64,000 nt of DNA. Origin: a candidate division CSSED10-310 bacterium. Its GTDB lineage: Bacteria; CSSED10-310. Position 1 is the first letter of the stretch; every line of letters begins with the position of its first letter. Shown here one piece after another: positions 9,458-19,247 of the stretch. Location of the stretch: positions 104,175 to 168,174 of the forward strand of contig JAFGEQ010000002.1 in NCBI GenBank assembly GCA_016931515.1. Reading direction: 5' to 3'. Below the pieces are notes generated by a model that saw only the letters and a program-made list of their open reading frames with translations, did no database searches and was not told where the DNA came from. The translations under genes and the position numbers were made by a program.

Positions 9458-10813
9458 TCATGCTTTTTTATCCGATCGGCGGAGATACTCCCAGAGAGTT
9501 GATTTTGGGATATTCAGCCGGCGCGCCGCTTCCCGAATATTGCCTCCGGCTCGTTCCATCGCGTGATTGAACACTCGGTCACGAATTTCGTCCCATGTCA
9601 ATCCAGAATCGAGTTCAATAGCGTGTCCTTCAGTTCCGGATCGGGTATGTGTTATCGACATTAAATCTATCGGACAGCCCATTATCATTCGGTTGATCAA
9701 TGCATTTTCGAGTTGTCGAACATTACCCGGCCAATCGTAGGTGATCCATTGATTCAATTCCTTTGTATCATGCGGGATCGCACCTGTTCCCCCATGGCGA
9801 TGATAAAGGTGCGCCAGCAGAGCAGGTATATCCTCCCGTCTCTCTCTCAGAGGAGGTATCTGTAGTTTAACCGTTGACAGACGATAAAAAAGATCCTCCC
9901 GAAAATGTCCTCCCGCCATGCTTTTTCCTGGATCTTTGTTGGATGCAGCCAAAACGATAACGTCAACGGGAATTTCCTGACCGGACCCAACCGGAGTAAC
10001 CACTCGCTCCTGTAACAATCTCAAGAGCATGGGTTGAACTTGATGTGGCAGCTCCAAAACTTCATCCAGAAAGATTATCCCTTTATCAGCGACTGAGAAT
10101 TTTCCTTTTCGAGGTTCCACGCCTGTTGCGACTCCCTTGCTGACACCCATTAATTCACTGGCTGCGAGTTCCGGTGTCAAAAGGCCGCAATTCAATGCAA
10201 CGAAAGGTGCTGAATTTCGTTTTGACCATCGGTGCAACTGGCGCGCAACAACTTCTTTTCCACAGCCGGTTTCACCGGTGATGAATACCGCAGCAGCCAG
10301 ATCCATTTTCGCAATTTTTCTGACCCTTTCCCAGAAGTCCATCATCACAGGTGAATCACCCATTACCGGTTCCGGACATCCATGGTCGCGGGAAGTCAGC
10401 AGTGCCAGATCTGATATATTTTCGCGGAGTTTTTTTACTGCGAGATTTCTCTCAATGGCATTAATCAGTAAGTTTTTTCGAATGGGTTTTCTAAGGAATT
10501 CGAGGGGTTTTTGACGAAAAGCAGCAACTGCAAGGTCGATCTCTTCAGTTTGTGAGCAGACAATAACACCGGCATCCGGATCAAGAAGCCGCAGTTTTTT
10601 TATCAGAGCAATTCCATCCATACCCGGCATCATCAGATCAGTGATGTATAGGTCAAATGTTCCCTTACGCGCCGCTTTCAATGCTTCGTCACCAGATTCA
10701 GTGATTACAATCTCGTAGTTATCGCGGAGATAGGTCGCATACAGTTGACGTGCTGCGAGATGATCATCGACAACAAGAATCCGGGCATCAGATTTTTTTT
10801 CTTGGGAGTTCAA
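9458..10813 (-). CDS. NtrC-family response regulator (REC-AAA+-Fis HTH) with a variant GAFTGA loop
   Basis: VVDD..DLMMPGMDG..KP receiver; GETGCGKE, FLDEV, FREDLFYRL and WPGNVRQL motifs. The GAFTGA position reads GVATGV. Confidence 0.92.
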   Translation of the reverse strand: MNSQEKKSDARILVVDDHLAARQLYATYLRDNYEIVITESGDEALKAARKGTFDLYITDLMMPGMDGIALIKKLRLLDPDAGVIVCSQTEEIDLAVAAFRQKPLEFLRKPIRKNLLINAIERNLAVKKLRENISDLALLTSRDHGCPEPVMGDSPVMMDFWERVRKIAKMDLAAAVFITGETGCGKEVVARQLHRWSKRNSAPFVALNCGLLTPELAASELMGVSKGVATGVEPRKGKFSVADKGIIFLDEVLELPHQVQPMLLRLLQERVVTPVGSGQEIPVDVIVLAASNKDPGKSMAGGHFREDLFYRLSTVKLQIPPLRERREDIPALLAHLYHRHGGTGAIPHDTKELNQWITYDWPGNVRQLENALINRMIMGCPIDLMSITHTRSGTEGHAIELDSGLTWDEIRDRVFNHAMERAGGNIREAARRLNIPKSTLWEYLRRSDKKA

Positions 10814-11825
10814 TCGTTACAACTGTTCCTTTCCCTGGCTGCGATTCGGCTTTAATCATACCCTTATGACGCATTATCGCCGTCTGTGCGATAAATGCAC
10901 CCAAACCGTTTCCATCCGGTCGAGTAGTAAACAGCGGGGTCCACATTGCAGCCAGTGTAGCCGGATCCATCCCATGCCCGGTATCAGTGATCGTCAGGCT
11001 GATTTGGAACTCACTGAGAACCAGTTTAATGTCAATAATATCTCCGTTTGAACAGGCTTCCAAGGCATTTTTCAGGATGTTTAGAAGGCTTCTGCCGATC
11101 TGCCCGGCGTCCATAGTGATGATCACCGGCGTTTCCGGTAAGTTCCATTTGAGATCAATACCGGTCAAAAGAGCTGTTCCTTCGACAAGTGCTATCTGCT
11201 CGAGAATCAACTCCACAAGATCCATTTCTGATAGACGAGGTTCGGTACAGCCGGTCCTCAACATTTGGACCAACTCATCCATTTTCCCCCCAGCCATCTC
11301 CAATGAACGGATTTCACCATCGAATCGACGAGATACATTCGTATCCTGCTTTATCTGTTCGATCCCTGCGTCAAAAAACTGTAAGTAGTTTTTTAACTCA
11401 TGGGCGATTATTCTCGGGAGTTGAATCCATTCCCCGGATCGTTGGACAAGAGCGGTTTCGATTCGAGGAGGTTCAGAATAACGCGCCACCAGTACCGTGC
11501 TGCCGAGGTGAATTTCGCAGTCTGGTAAAACTGGAACAACTGAAATCAGTCTACCGTTGATAAATGTTCCATTCTCGGATTTCAAATCCCAAATCTTCCA
11601 GATTGAACCGTCACGAGCAATCCTGGCATGTCGCGGACAAACCAGAGGATCATCGAGCATTATATCTGCAGCAGGATCATTCCCGATCACGGTTGTGTTC
11701 TCGACAAAAAATTCTTTCCCGAGTTGTTTTCCCTTGTCCACGACCAGTTTCAATCGGCCATTCATCTGAAGGCGGATAGACAAGGATGTATCCAGATTCA
11801 AACCGTTACCGGTTGAGGGGTTCAT
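10788..11825 (-). CDS. Cytoplasmic FHA-domain histidine kinase
   Basis: FHA-like DDPLVCPRHARI..DLKSENGTFING; H-box AHELKN; N-box NILKNALEA; DTGHG, FTT and GNGLG motifs. No transmembrane segment. Confidence 0.88.
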   Translation of the reverse strand: MNPSTGNGLNLDTSLSIRLQMNGRLKLVVDKGKQLGKEFFVENTTVIGNDPAADIMLDDPLVCPRHARIARDGSIWKIWDLKSENGTFINGRLISVVPVLPDCEIHLGSTVLVARYSEPPRIETALVQRSGEWIQLPRIIAHELKNYLQFFDAGIEQIKQDTNVSRRFDGEIRSLEMAGGKMDELVQMLRTGCTEPRLSEMDLVELILEQIALVEGTALLTGIDLKWNLPETPVIITMDAGQIGRSLLNILKNALEACSNGDIIDIKLVLSEFQISLTITDTGHGMDPATLAAMWTPLFTTRPDGNGLGAFIAQTAIMRHKGMIKAESQPGKGTVVTIELPRKKI

Positions 11826-11834
11826 ACAGGAGTT

Positions 11835-13211
11835 TTACCGGCTGCCGGCGATGACTGCGTTCTGAATTCTGATATGAGGAGCGCCATGTGATACAGGCAG
11901 AGGAAACTGAGCTCCCTTGCCACAGCCTCCACCTGAGTCGTGAATCTGGAAATCGTTGCCGACCATGTCAATATTTTCGAGCGTTTTGAACAGGTTACCC
12001 GACATCGTGACATTCTTAACCATTTCCTCAATCTTCCCATCACGAATCATATAACCTCGTCCAGCAGTGAAGGTGAACATTTCTCCACCTTGGCCGCCCA
12101 TGGCGTCAACAGCATATACACCCAGTTTAATACCCCTAATCATGTCGTCAATGGTTGAATGACCCTGCTCGATACAAGTATTTCTCATTCTCGGAATCGG
12201 CACATATTTATAATTAAGTGCTCTACCGTTTCCCGTGGCTTTTTCACCCATCCGCCCGGCGGTTTCCCTGCTGTGCAGCCTGCCGACTAGTTGTCCCTCC
12301 CTGATGAGATATGTCTTCTCTGTACGGACACCTTCATCGTCAAAGGGAACATATCCCCGGCAACCTATATCCTGACCACTGTCATAGATATTCAGGACCG
12401 GTTTCCCGAACTGCCTTCCCATTTTCATCACTTTTGCCAGATTCTCATTGTCGAATACTTTTTCTCCCTCGCTGGTGTGACCGAATGATTCATGAACGAA
12501 AACACCGGCCAAAACCGGATCTACGACAACAGTATAGATGCCACCTTCTATTGAAGGAGCTTCCAGGAGATCAACAGCATGTCGGCATGCAGCTTCCAGT
12601 TCTTTTTCTTTACCAAGCAAAACGTTGAAATCTCTTGAACTGCCAAATCCGACTGAAGCCATTTGTGTCTGGCCATCTTTCAGAGCTACCGGGACGAGAC
12701 CCCCTCCGATATCCATGTGTTCCTGGTCGATATAGGAACCTTCAGAGTTACAAAACCACTTATGAGAATGTCGTTCAGCGTATCGAACCGATGACATCGG
12801 TATTAATTTATGGGCTTCAAGGATTTGCTTGTTGTATGACGATAAAATGTCAACTTTTCGTGCAAGTGGAATATCTCTCGGATCATTGTCGATGTCCAGA
12901 GGAATTTCAACAACGACAGTCGGAACAGGAGCCAGGCGACTTTTATCTTTCCCGACCAGGCAGGCCTGCTTTACCGCCGATTGAATGTAGTAATCAACCG
13001 ATTCCTCGGTCAGTTTGTTGAAAGTGGCAAATCCCCATCCTCCCTTGTAAAGAGCTCGAACACAGCCACCTCGCTCACTGGATTGTTTCAGACCATCTAT
13101 CCCGGGACCCCTGAATCCGATCGTCGTTGATTCGGATTCTTCAACGCGAATTTCGAGATAATCCACTTCTTTTTCATGCTTTTTAATGACTGATTGCAGA
13201 AACGATTTCAT
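11835..13211 (-). CDS. tldD: TldD/PmbA family metalloprotease (TldD type)
   Basis: GVFVHESFGHTSEG (HExxxH), FDDEGV, TGNGRA, PRMRNT and GGCGKG.Q motifs. Confidence 0.9.
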   Translation of the reverse strand: MKSFLQSVIKKHEKEVDYLEIRVEESESTTIGFRGPGIDGLKQSSERGGCVRALYKGGWGFATFNKLTEESVDYYIQSAVKQACLVGKDKSRLAPVPTVVVEIPLDIDNDPRDIPLARKVDILSSYNKQILEAHKLIPMSSVRYAERHSHKWFCNSEGSYIDQEHMDIGGGLVPVALKDGQTQMASVGFGSSRDFNVLLGKEKELEAACRHAVDLLEAPSIEGGIYTVVVDPVLAGVFVHESFGHTSEGEKVFDNENLAKVMKMGRQFGKPVLNIYDSGQDIGCRGYVPFDDEGVRTEKTYLIREGQLVGRLHSRETAGRMGEKATGNGRALNYKYVPIPRMRNTCIEQGHSTIDDMIRGIKLGVYAVDAMGGQGGEMFTFTAGRGYMIRDGKIEEMVKNVTMSGNLFKTLENIDMVGNDFQIHDSGGGCGKGAQFPLPVSHGAPHIRIQNAVIAGSR

Positions 13212-13427
13212 CGGGTTCTCCTTCTTCGTCCGTTCAAATGACGACTACTCACCGTGACATACCACAACCTGCGGACAGGTTCAAACCTCATCCTTCGGCA
13301 ATGATCAACCGGACAAGACCCTTTGAACTATAAAGTTTGAGGACTTGACTTCGGAGATTTGCAGGACTAAAAACAAATCCATATTGCGGCTGGGTCGTGA
13401 GGCGGGACAATCGGAAGGAGAAACAGC

Positions 13428-14822
13428 ATGCCGGGAACTGATGCAATTGTCTACAAGGGGTACAAGGATCTTGCACTGGCAAAATTAAAGGAGATTGGCA
13501 TCAGGGTCTGGTCTGACGTCATCCTTGAAACGGAGCAGGGACGATTTGAAGGCATTATTCTACCGAGGTCTGAAACCGCCGATCATGATCACATTGTGAT
13601 CAAGTTGAAAAATGGCTACAACATAGGAGTGCGCGCGGACAAGGTTCGCAGCGCAAAAGAAGTTAACTACAAGGAAGCAATCTATAAAATTCCCGAATCG
13701 GAATTCCCGCGTGACGAGGAGAAGCCGAATGTAACGCTGCTAGGTACTGGAGGAACGATAGCCAGTCGTCTTGATTATAGGACAGGTGCCGTCATTCCGG
13801 CATTTACTCCAGGTGAATTGTATGGTGCCGTACCGGAACTCGCTGATATCTGCAACATGAAGACCGAAAAATTATTCGGTGTATTTTCCGAGAACATGGG
13901 GCCTGAACAATGGATTGGAACAGCGCAGGCAATTGGTCGAGAGATCCGTAATGGGGTTGATGGTATTGTGATTGGTCATGGGACCGATACCATGCATCAC
14001 ACGGCAGCGATCCTGTCATTCATGGTTCAGAACACGCCTGTTCCCATCGTCATGGTCGGATCCCAACGGTCATCAGACAGACCTTCATCGGATGCCGCTT
14101 TGAATCTACGCCACGCTGTCTATACAGCTGCTCACGGGGATATAGCGGAAACAATGATCTGCATGTTCGGACCCACTTCCGACCAGTATGGATTACTTCA
14201 TCCGGGAACCCGTGTCCGGAAAATGCATTCGAGTTACCGGTCGACCTTCCGAACGATCGGTGACATCCCTTTAGCCAAAGTTACAACCGATTCGCTGACT
14301 CACCTGACATCACATTACAAGCATCGCCGCAAAGATAAAAATGTTGCGATTGATGCTGTATTCGATCCTCGTGTCACGATAGTTTATTATTATCCGAACA
14401 TGAAACCTGATATCATTGATTCGCTAATCGAGCATGATTACAAGGGAATTGTCATTGCCGGAACGGGATTGGGGCATGTCAACAAGCCGCTTTATCCTGC
14501 GCTGAAGAGGGCACGGGATGCCGGAGTTGCGGTATTTATGACGGTTCAGACATTATGGGGTTTTGTCCAGATGTATGTGTATGAAACCGGTCGGGAGATG
14601 TTGCAACTGGGTGTTATTCCTTGCAGCAATATGCTACCGGAAACCGCATATGTAAAACTCGGATGGGCCCTTGCCCACAGCAATGACGTTGATGAACTGC
14701 AATCAATCATGCTAACACCGATTTCCAGGGAAATTACGGAGCGAGAGCCGTATAACGGCTACCTCATCTTCCAAGGCGGTTTGCCGGAAGTTGAGGAATT
14801 CATTCAAAAGGTGAAGCGCTGA
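13428..14822 (+). CDS. gatD: Glu-tRNA(Gln) amidotransferase subunit D (asparaginase-like)
   Basis: GatD-type N-terminal domain (IVIKLKNGYNIGV), GTGGTIASRLDYRTGAV, HGTDTM, GSQRSSDRPSSDA, RKMHSSYR and GTGLGH motifs. Confidence 0.93.
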   Translation: MPGTDAIVYKGYKDLALAKLKEIGIRVWSDVILETEQGRFEGIILPRSETADHDHIVIKLKNGYNIGVRADKVRSAKEVNYKEAIYKIPESEFPRDEEKPNVTLLGTGGTIASRLDYRTGAVIPAFTPGELYGAVPELADICNMKTEKLFGVFSENMGPEQWIGTAQAIGREIRNGVDGIVIGHGTDTMHHTAAILSFMVQNTPVPIVMVGSQRSSDRPSSDAALNLRHAVYTAAHGDIAETMICMFGPTSDQYGLLHPGTRVRKMHSSYRSTFRTIGDIPLAKVTTDSLTHLTSHYKHRRKDKNVAIDAVFDPRVTIVYYYPNMKPDIIDSLIEHDYKGIVIAGTGLGHVNKPLYPALKRARDAGVAVFMTVQTLWGFVQMYVYETGREMLQLGVIPCSNMLPETAYVKLGWALAHSNDVDELQSIMLTPISREITEREPYNGYLIFQGGLPEVEEFIQKVKR

Positions 14823-14861
14823 AAACAGAGTTATCCTAATAGCAGTCAAGTCAGAGAATTT

Positions 14862-16826
14862 TTATGTCTGCTCCCGTTTTTTTTCCAGAGTATCCCTGAT
14901 CCGTATGGAGAGTTCCCTACCATGTGCTCTGCCTTTCAGGGATTTCATCGCCTCTCCCATCAACCAGTTCAGTTGCTGTTCCAGGTGGCAGAATGTCCGG
15001 CTGTTCATCTGCTTGGCAGCTTTCTGTATGACATTGTTGATGTCATCGTCCGTGGCAGGTGTCATTCCCGTTTTCTGTAAACATTGAATACATTTTTGAT
15101 TGGGGTTTTCTGCCATATACAACAGCAATGATTTGAATCCTTCCCGGAAAAATAACCCATCCTGCCAACACATGAACAATTCCTCGAACCTCTGCTCCGT
15201 CAGATTATGAACCGGTATATTTTTCCGAGCCAAAAACGGGATCATGCGTCCGAGTATTTCGGCTTGTCGTTTCGCACTTTCAGGAAATGTCATCGATAGC
15301 CTGTCAAACAGTGGAGCATATTCTGAAATGGCCAATGATCGTATCACATCCTGCGGGACTTTTATTTCCTGGTAACGGCGTTCTCTTATCCACGGTTGCT
15401 CAGGCAACTGATGTGCGATTGAGTGAATTCGTTCTTCAGATAATGGGAGAGGGGGATGATCAGTATCGGGGTACATCCTGTCAGGACCCGGAAGAATCCT
15501 TTCGAAGTCATTGCAACCGTTTTTTAATGCCTGGCGTGTTTCGGGGGGAATCCCGCGAGTTGCTTCTCGTGCCCGGATATATATCTCAGACACGGCTGTT
15601 TCAAGATCCTCATCCGGACCATACACAAGAAAGATTGCGTCATGGTGTGTGGCATCCAGTCGATTTCGAATTTTTCGCCAAATCCCGCTATTGATGTTCA
15701 TCGCATCCGGTGAATCCGGATGCAGCATATTCGGCATTTGATCCAGACATGCGATAACCCGTATTCGACCGGCAAATTCGTCTGCAAATACAGTGTGTTC
15801 CTGGGTTTGCCAAGTCAATAGTCCTCCAAAACCATTCAATCTCACGGCAACGATCCGATTCCCTCTCTGATTGGCCAATGCTGAATTATCAACATTTCGA
15901 AGCAATCTGGTCACATCCGCAATGCGCTGCTGGATCGTATCGGCAGTTACACCACGGGATCTTAATGTCGCCATGATCTCCAGCAATGCTTTCTGCCGCC
16001 AGGTTTCATTGTGCAATAATCGAGGAATATCACCTATCCTGGGTACACCCTTGATTTCAATCCTGGTTCCTCCTCTGATCGAACAATTCACATCATGTCT
16101 GACGGATCCGGGACCGCGGCGTACCATGCCGAGATTCCATAGAGCTCTTCGGATAGCCTCCGCACCCAGTCCGGCTTCCTCCGGTGTTTGGAAATCCGGT
16201 GCAGTTACAACTTCCACAAGGGGGATACCCAATCGATCCGCCTTAAAAACGATCCGATGTCCCTTATCCGAGACTTCCCGACAGGAATCCTCCTCCACGC
16301 TCATGTGAAGAATTCCTATCGTTCGGTTGCTCATCTCAAAACCGCCACCAACTCCCATGATCGCAGTCCGTTGAAATCCTGTTGGGATAGAACCGTCGAG
16401 ATACTGTTTTCGTGTAATATGGACTTCGTCAACAAGAGACATATTGAAGGTTTGAGCGATGGCAATGGCAATATCCAGTGCCTTTTCATTGACCATAAAA
16501 GGAGGTGTATCATCCATCTCATAGGTGCAGTTGATATCTCCATAAATCTGGTAGAGCACTTCTTTCTTGGTTTTGAATTCCATCAGGGCTGTGCCGTCAT
16601 ATTCCCCTAATTCACTGAGTGTCGGTCTCATATGTCTTAAGACTTCGGCATCATGCCGTCTGTTGGTCAGGTTAACAGGACAATGACAAAACAGCTTGCG
16701 CTCCGTGTTCAGCTGATGATGAACTTCCAGACCCGCCTTGAATCCCAGCCCGATGTAATCCAGCAACATGATCTCCTCCGGTTTCCGGACAATTGAAAAG
16801 CCCGGCGTCATATTATCGCCGGGCAA
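14862..16826 (-). CDS. gatE: Glu-tRNA(Gln) amidotransferase subunit E
   Basis: GLEVHHQL..KLFC.CP, RPTLSELGEYD, RKQYLDGSIPTGFQRTA, EEDSCR, DRLGIPLVEV, RHDVNCSI.GG.RIEIKGV, a central insertion domain and PGPDRMYPDTD. These match GatE rather than GatB. Confidence 0.93.
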   Translation of the reverse strand: MPGDNMTPGFSIVRKPEEIMLLDYIGLGFKAGLEVHHQLNTERKLFCHCPVNLTNRRHDAEVLRHMRPTLSELGEYDGTALMEFKTKKEVLYQIYGDINCTYEMDDTPPFMVNEKALDIAIAIAQTFNMSLVDEVHITRKQYLDGSIPTGFQRTAIMGVGGGFEMSNRTIGILHMSVEEDSCREVSDKGHRIVFKADRLGIPLVEVVTAPDFQTPEEAGLGAEAIRRALWNLGMVRRGPGSVRHDVNCSIRGGTRIEIKGVPRIGDIPRLLHNETWRQKALLEIMATLRSRGVTADTIQQRIADVTRLLRNVDNSALANQRGNRIVAVRLNGFGGLLTWQTQEHTVFADEFAGRIRVIACLDQMPNMLHPDSPDAMNINSGIWRKIRNRLDATHHDAIFLVYGPDEDLETAVSEIYIRAREATRGIPPETRQALKNGCNDFERILPGPDRMYPDTDHPPLPLSEERIHSIAHQLPEQPWIRERRYQEIKVPQDVIRSLAISEYAPLFDRLSMTFPESAKRQAEILGRMIPFLARKNIPVHNLTEQRFEELFMCWQDGLFFREGFKSLLLYMAENPNQKCIQCLQKTGMTPATDDDINNVIQKAAKQMNSRTFCHLEQQLNWLMGEAMKSLKGRAHGRELSIRIRDTLEKKREQT

Positions 16827-16850
16827 TCGAATTTCAAGATATTTTCAAAA

Positions 16851-18176
16851 TCAGCTGACTTTTTCGATCTCGATCCAGCCGAATTTCTGGTTGCCGCGCT
16901 GATCGAATTCTCCCTCAAGTGGGAACTCCAGGTAGACTCTGCCTTCGTCCCGACCAGTACCCTTCCGGACGTTAAACTTTTTAGTGATTGTCATCTTGGT
17001 GTATGGAATATATTTATTGATCGAAAGAGATTTAGGCGCAGCCTCGAAAGAGACATAATTGGTCAGATATGTTGATTCCGTACCAATCGGAAGCAACTCT
17101 TCAGGATCACTGATTTGCATCGGCATACTGAAATCAACGGGATCATCCGCTTCATTTAGAGAACGTGCCATTCGAAAGCTTATGTATTCGCCTTTCAGAC
17201 CATCATCCCATGTGAATTTCGTACCGAAAACTTCCCATCGTCCATACCAGTTCATCCGGATGAGAGTGTTCTCGATGTATGATTTATATTCTGCAGGGGT
17301 TGTCTCATCATCAGACAGAGAGTCAGCAAGCTCGGTCAGTCGTTTATATGCATATTCGTCATCAAGGATCATCGCAGCCCGTATGCAGAGCTGTTTGTCT
17401 GCAAAATCGGTCACCTTCGCACTCAGAACATTATCCAAGATAAACATACCATCATCCGGGATATTGAAATCAATGAATGCCTGGAGAACCGGACGATAGT
17501 CACCCGGAGACAATTTTACGAAGACCTTGCGAAACAATGGCAACAGCTCTTCATTCCATTCCCGGAAGCTGGACAGAGCAGTTACCAGCGCATTCGTCCA
17601 TTTCACCTCGATGGCGTCCTTCAGAATCTCCTCTTCCAGATACTTTTTAAGAACATCATACTCCCGGAGAGTTATCAGCCTTTCGGACGCCAGGACCTTC
17701 AGAGCCTTATAGCGCTCTGATTGAAACTTTCCCTTTGCCCAGTTCCTCTGAAGCACAATATCCCATAACAGGTTCTTTCCTTCGATCTGGTAATCGAGTT
17801 TGACCAAGCCGAAATACCCGGAATCCCAGAAATCACCGACAGCCGCCGATCCTTCCGGACGATATTCCCCAATCATCAATGTGCCAAAAAATGCTGCCAG
17901 AATTTCACGGGGATACAATCCTTCTTCGATATAACTGTCAACAATTATCCGAGCCTTTTGCCTTGTGGGATACCGGACATAAGCGCCATGCATCGTCGTA
18001 GTTTTGAAGCAGGGAGGTTCACCGCGCCAGAACCACAGGTTACAAAGAAAGTCCCCGGATTTGGTTGTTTCCGGAAAAACAGGAAACGGTAAAGTATTCT
18101 CTGATTCCACAGCTTGGCAAAGTACAACGCCCGTTGCAAAAATCAATAGTATGATGATCAATCCATGTTTCGACAT
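16851..18176 (-). CDS. Hypothetical secreted protein with a helical (HEAT-like) central region
   Basis: Signal peptide, GGAGG RBS, 441-aa ORF. No catalytic motif recognised. Confidence 0.65.
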   Translation of the reverse strand: MSKHGLIIILLIFATGVVLCQAVESENTLPFPVFPETTKSGDFLCNLWFWRGEPPCFKTTTMHGAYVRYPTRQKARIIVDSYIEEGLYPREILAAFFGTLMIGEYRPEGSAAVGDFWDSGYFGLVKLDYQIEGKNLLWDIVLQRNWAKGKFQSERYKALKVLASERLITLREYDVLKKYLEEEILKDAIEVKWTNALVTALSSFREWNEELLPLFRKVFVKLSPGDYRPVLQAFIDFNIPDDGMFILDNVLSAKVTDFADKQLCIRAAMILDDEYAYKRLTELADSLSDDETTPAEYKSYIENTLIRMNWYGRWEVFGTKFTWDDGLKGEYISFRMARSLNEADDPVDFSMPMQISDPEELLPIGTESTYLTNYVSFEAAPKSLSINKYIPYTKMTITKKFNVRKGTGRDEGRVYLEFPLEGEFDQRGNQKFGWIEIEKVS

Positions 18177-18284
18177 TTGAGAAAACCTCCTTCTATCTGG
18201 AAGGCACGCTGTTACTGGCGATAAAATAGCACTAAAACACCTCTCAACGCAAGTTCAACCCGGCAGACTGCTGTTTGAGCCGGA

Positions 18285-19229
18285 TCACTCCTTCTCAGAA
18301 GGAACCGCATCCGGTTGAATCTCGTCAATTCCATCATCGTCCGGACAATCAATCCTGAAAGATGCCGTTACAATCCGGTGATCGGAAACTGCTTTTCGGG
18401 CAATTTCGTATTCACTCCAATCCAGCAATCCGTTTTTATTCTGATCCCAATCGGCATCCCAATGAATCACGTTAATGGTCTGCCGTCCAGCGAACTCTGC
18501 GGTAAAATATCGTGCCGGGTTGAAAATTATGTGATCGTAGATACTCGGGTTCATAACACTCGTTGGTATCTCACTATCTATCGTGACCGATATCATGGCG
18601 TGCCGATTAAGGAATTCATAGAAAAAATATGCCGAACTGGACGGCGCAGGGAACTGGTAGCCATATGATAATCCGGGCGCATTGAAGTCGCCAACCAGGA
18701 TAAGATCCAACTCCTTATCTTCTCGATAACTTAACCAATCATCAAGCAGTTTGAACTCCACCATACGTGTATGCGGGTATGTTTTTTTCGAACCATCGAA
18801 AAACAGGTGGAGATTCATTAATTCGAAATCAAAGTTACCCGCTTTAAAAACGGCAAAAAACGGCTTTCGTCCCAACTTGGGTTTGTCCAATAGGCCGGGA
18901 CCCTGCTGAAGGGTTACAGGAGGCCGCCAGATGAATGCGAACCGTTCCCATGTTGTCACGTCGGATACCGCCCAAAGGTATTCGGGTCCGAGAGCGACTG
19001 CCAATGCCGCAACTGACTCAGTACCTTCCGAATGGACTTCCTGCACAGCCAATACATCTATCCCTCTACAATATCCGGCGAGATTGGCAATCCGGAGCGG
19101 ATCAAGCTTTTCTCCAAAGCCCTGAATATTAAACGTCCCGATGGTAATCAAACCCGTATCATCTGCGATTGCAGAACTCGATGTGACCAAAACTGTCAGT
19201 AGATAGCTGATGAACGCAAAATATCTCAA
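18285..19229 (-). CDS. Secreted endonuclease/exonuclease/phosphatase (DNase I-like)
   Basis: TFNI, LAVQEV, NLHL, LVGDFN, YDHI and SDH motifs; signal peptide. Confidence 0.88.
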   Translation of the reverse strand: MRYFAFISYLLTVLVTSSSAIADDTGLITIGTFNIQGFGEKLDPLRIANLAGYCRGIDVLAVQEVHSEGTESVAALAVALGPEYLWAVSDVTTWERFAFIWRPPVTLQQGPGLLDKPKLGRKPFFAVFKAGNFDFELMNLHLFFDGSKKTYPHTRMVEFKLLDDWLSYREDKELDLILVGDFNAPGLSYGYQFPAPSSSAYFFYEFLNRHAMISVTIDSEIPTSVMNPSIYDHIIFNPARYFTAEFAGRQTINVIHWDADWDQNKNGLLDWSEYEIARKAVSDHRIVTASFRIDCPDDDGIDEIQPDAVPSEKE

Positions 19230-19247
19230 GCGAATCTCCTTCCGATA

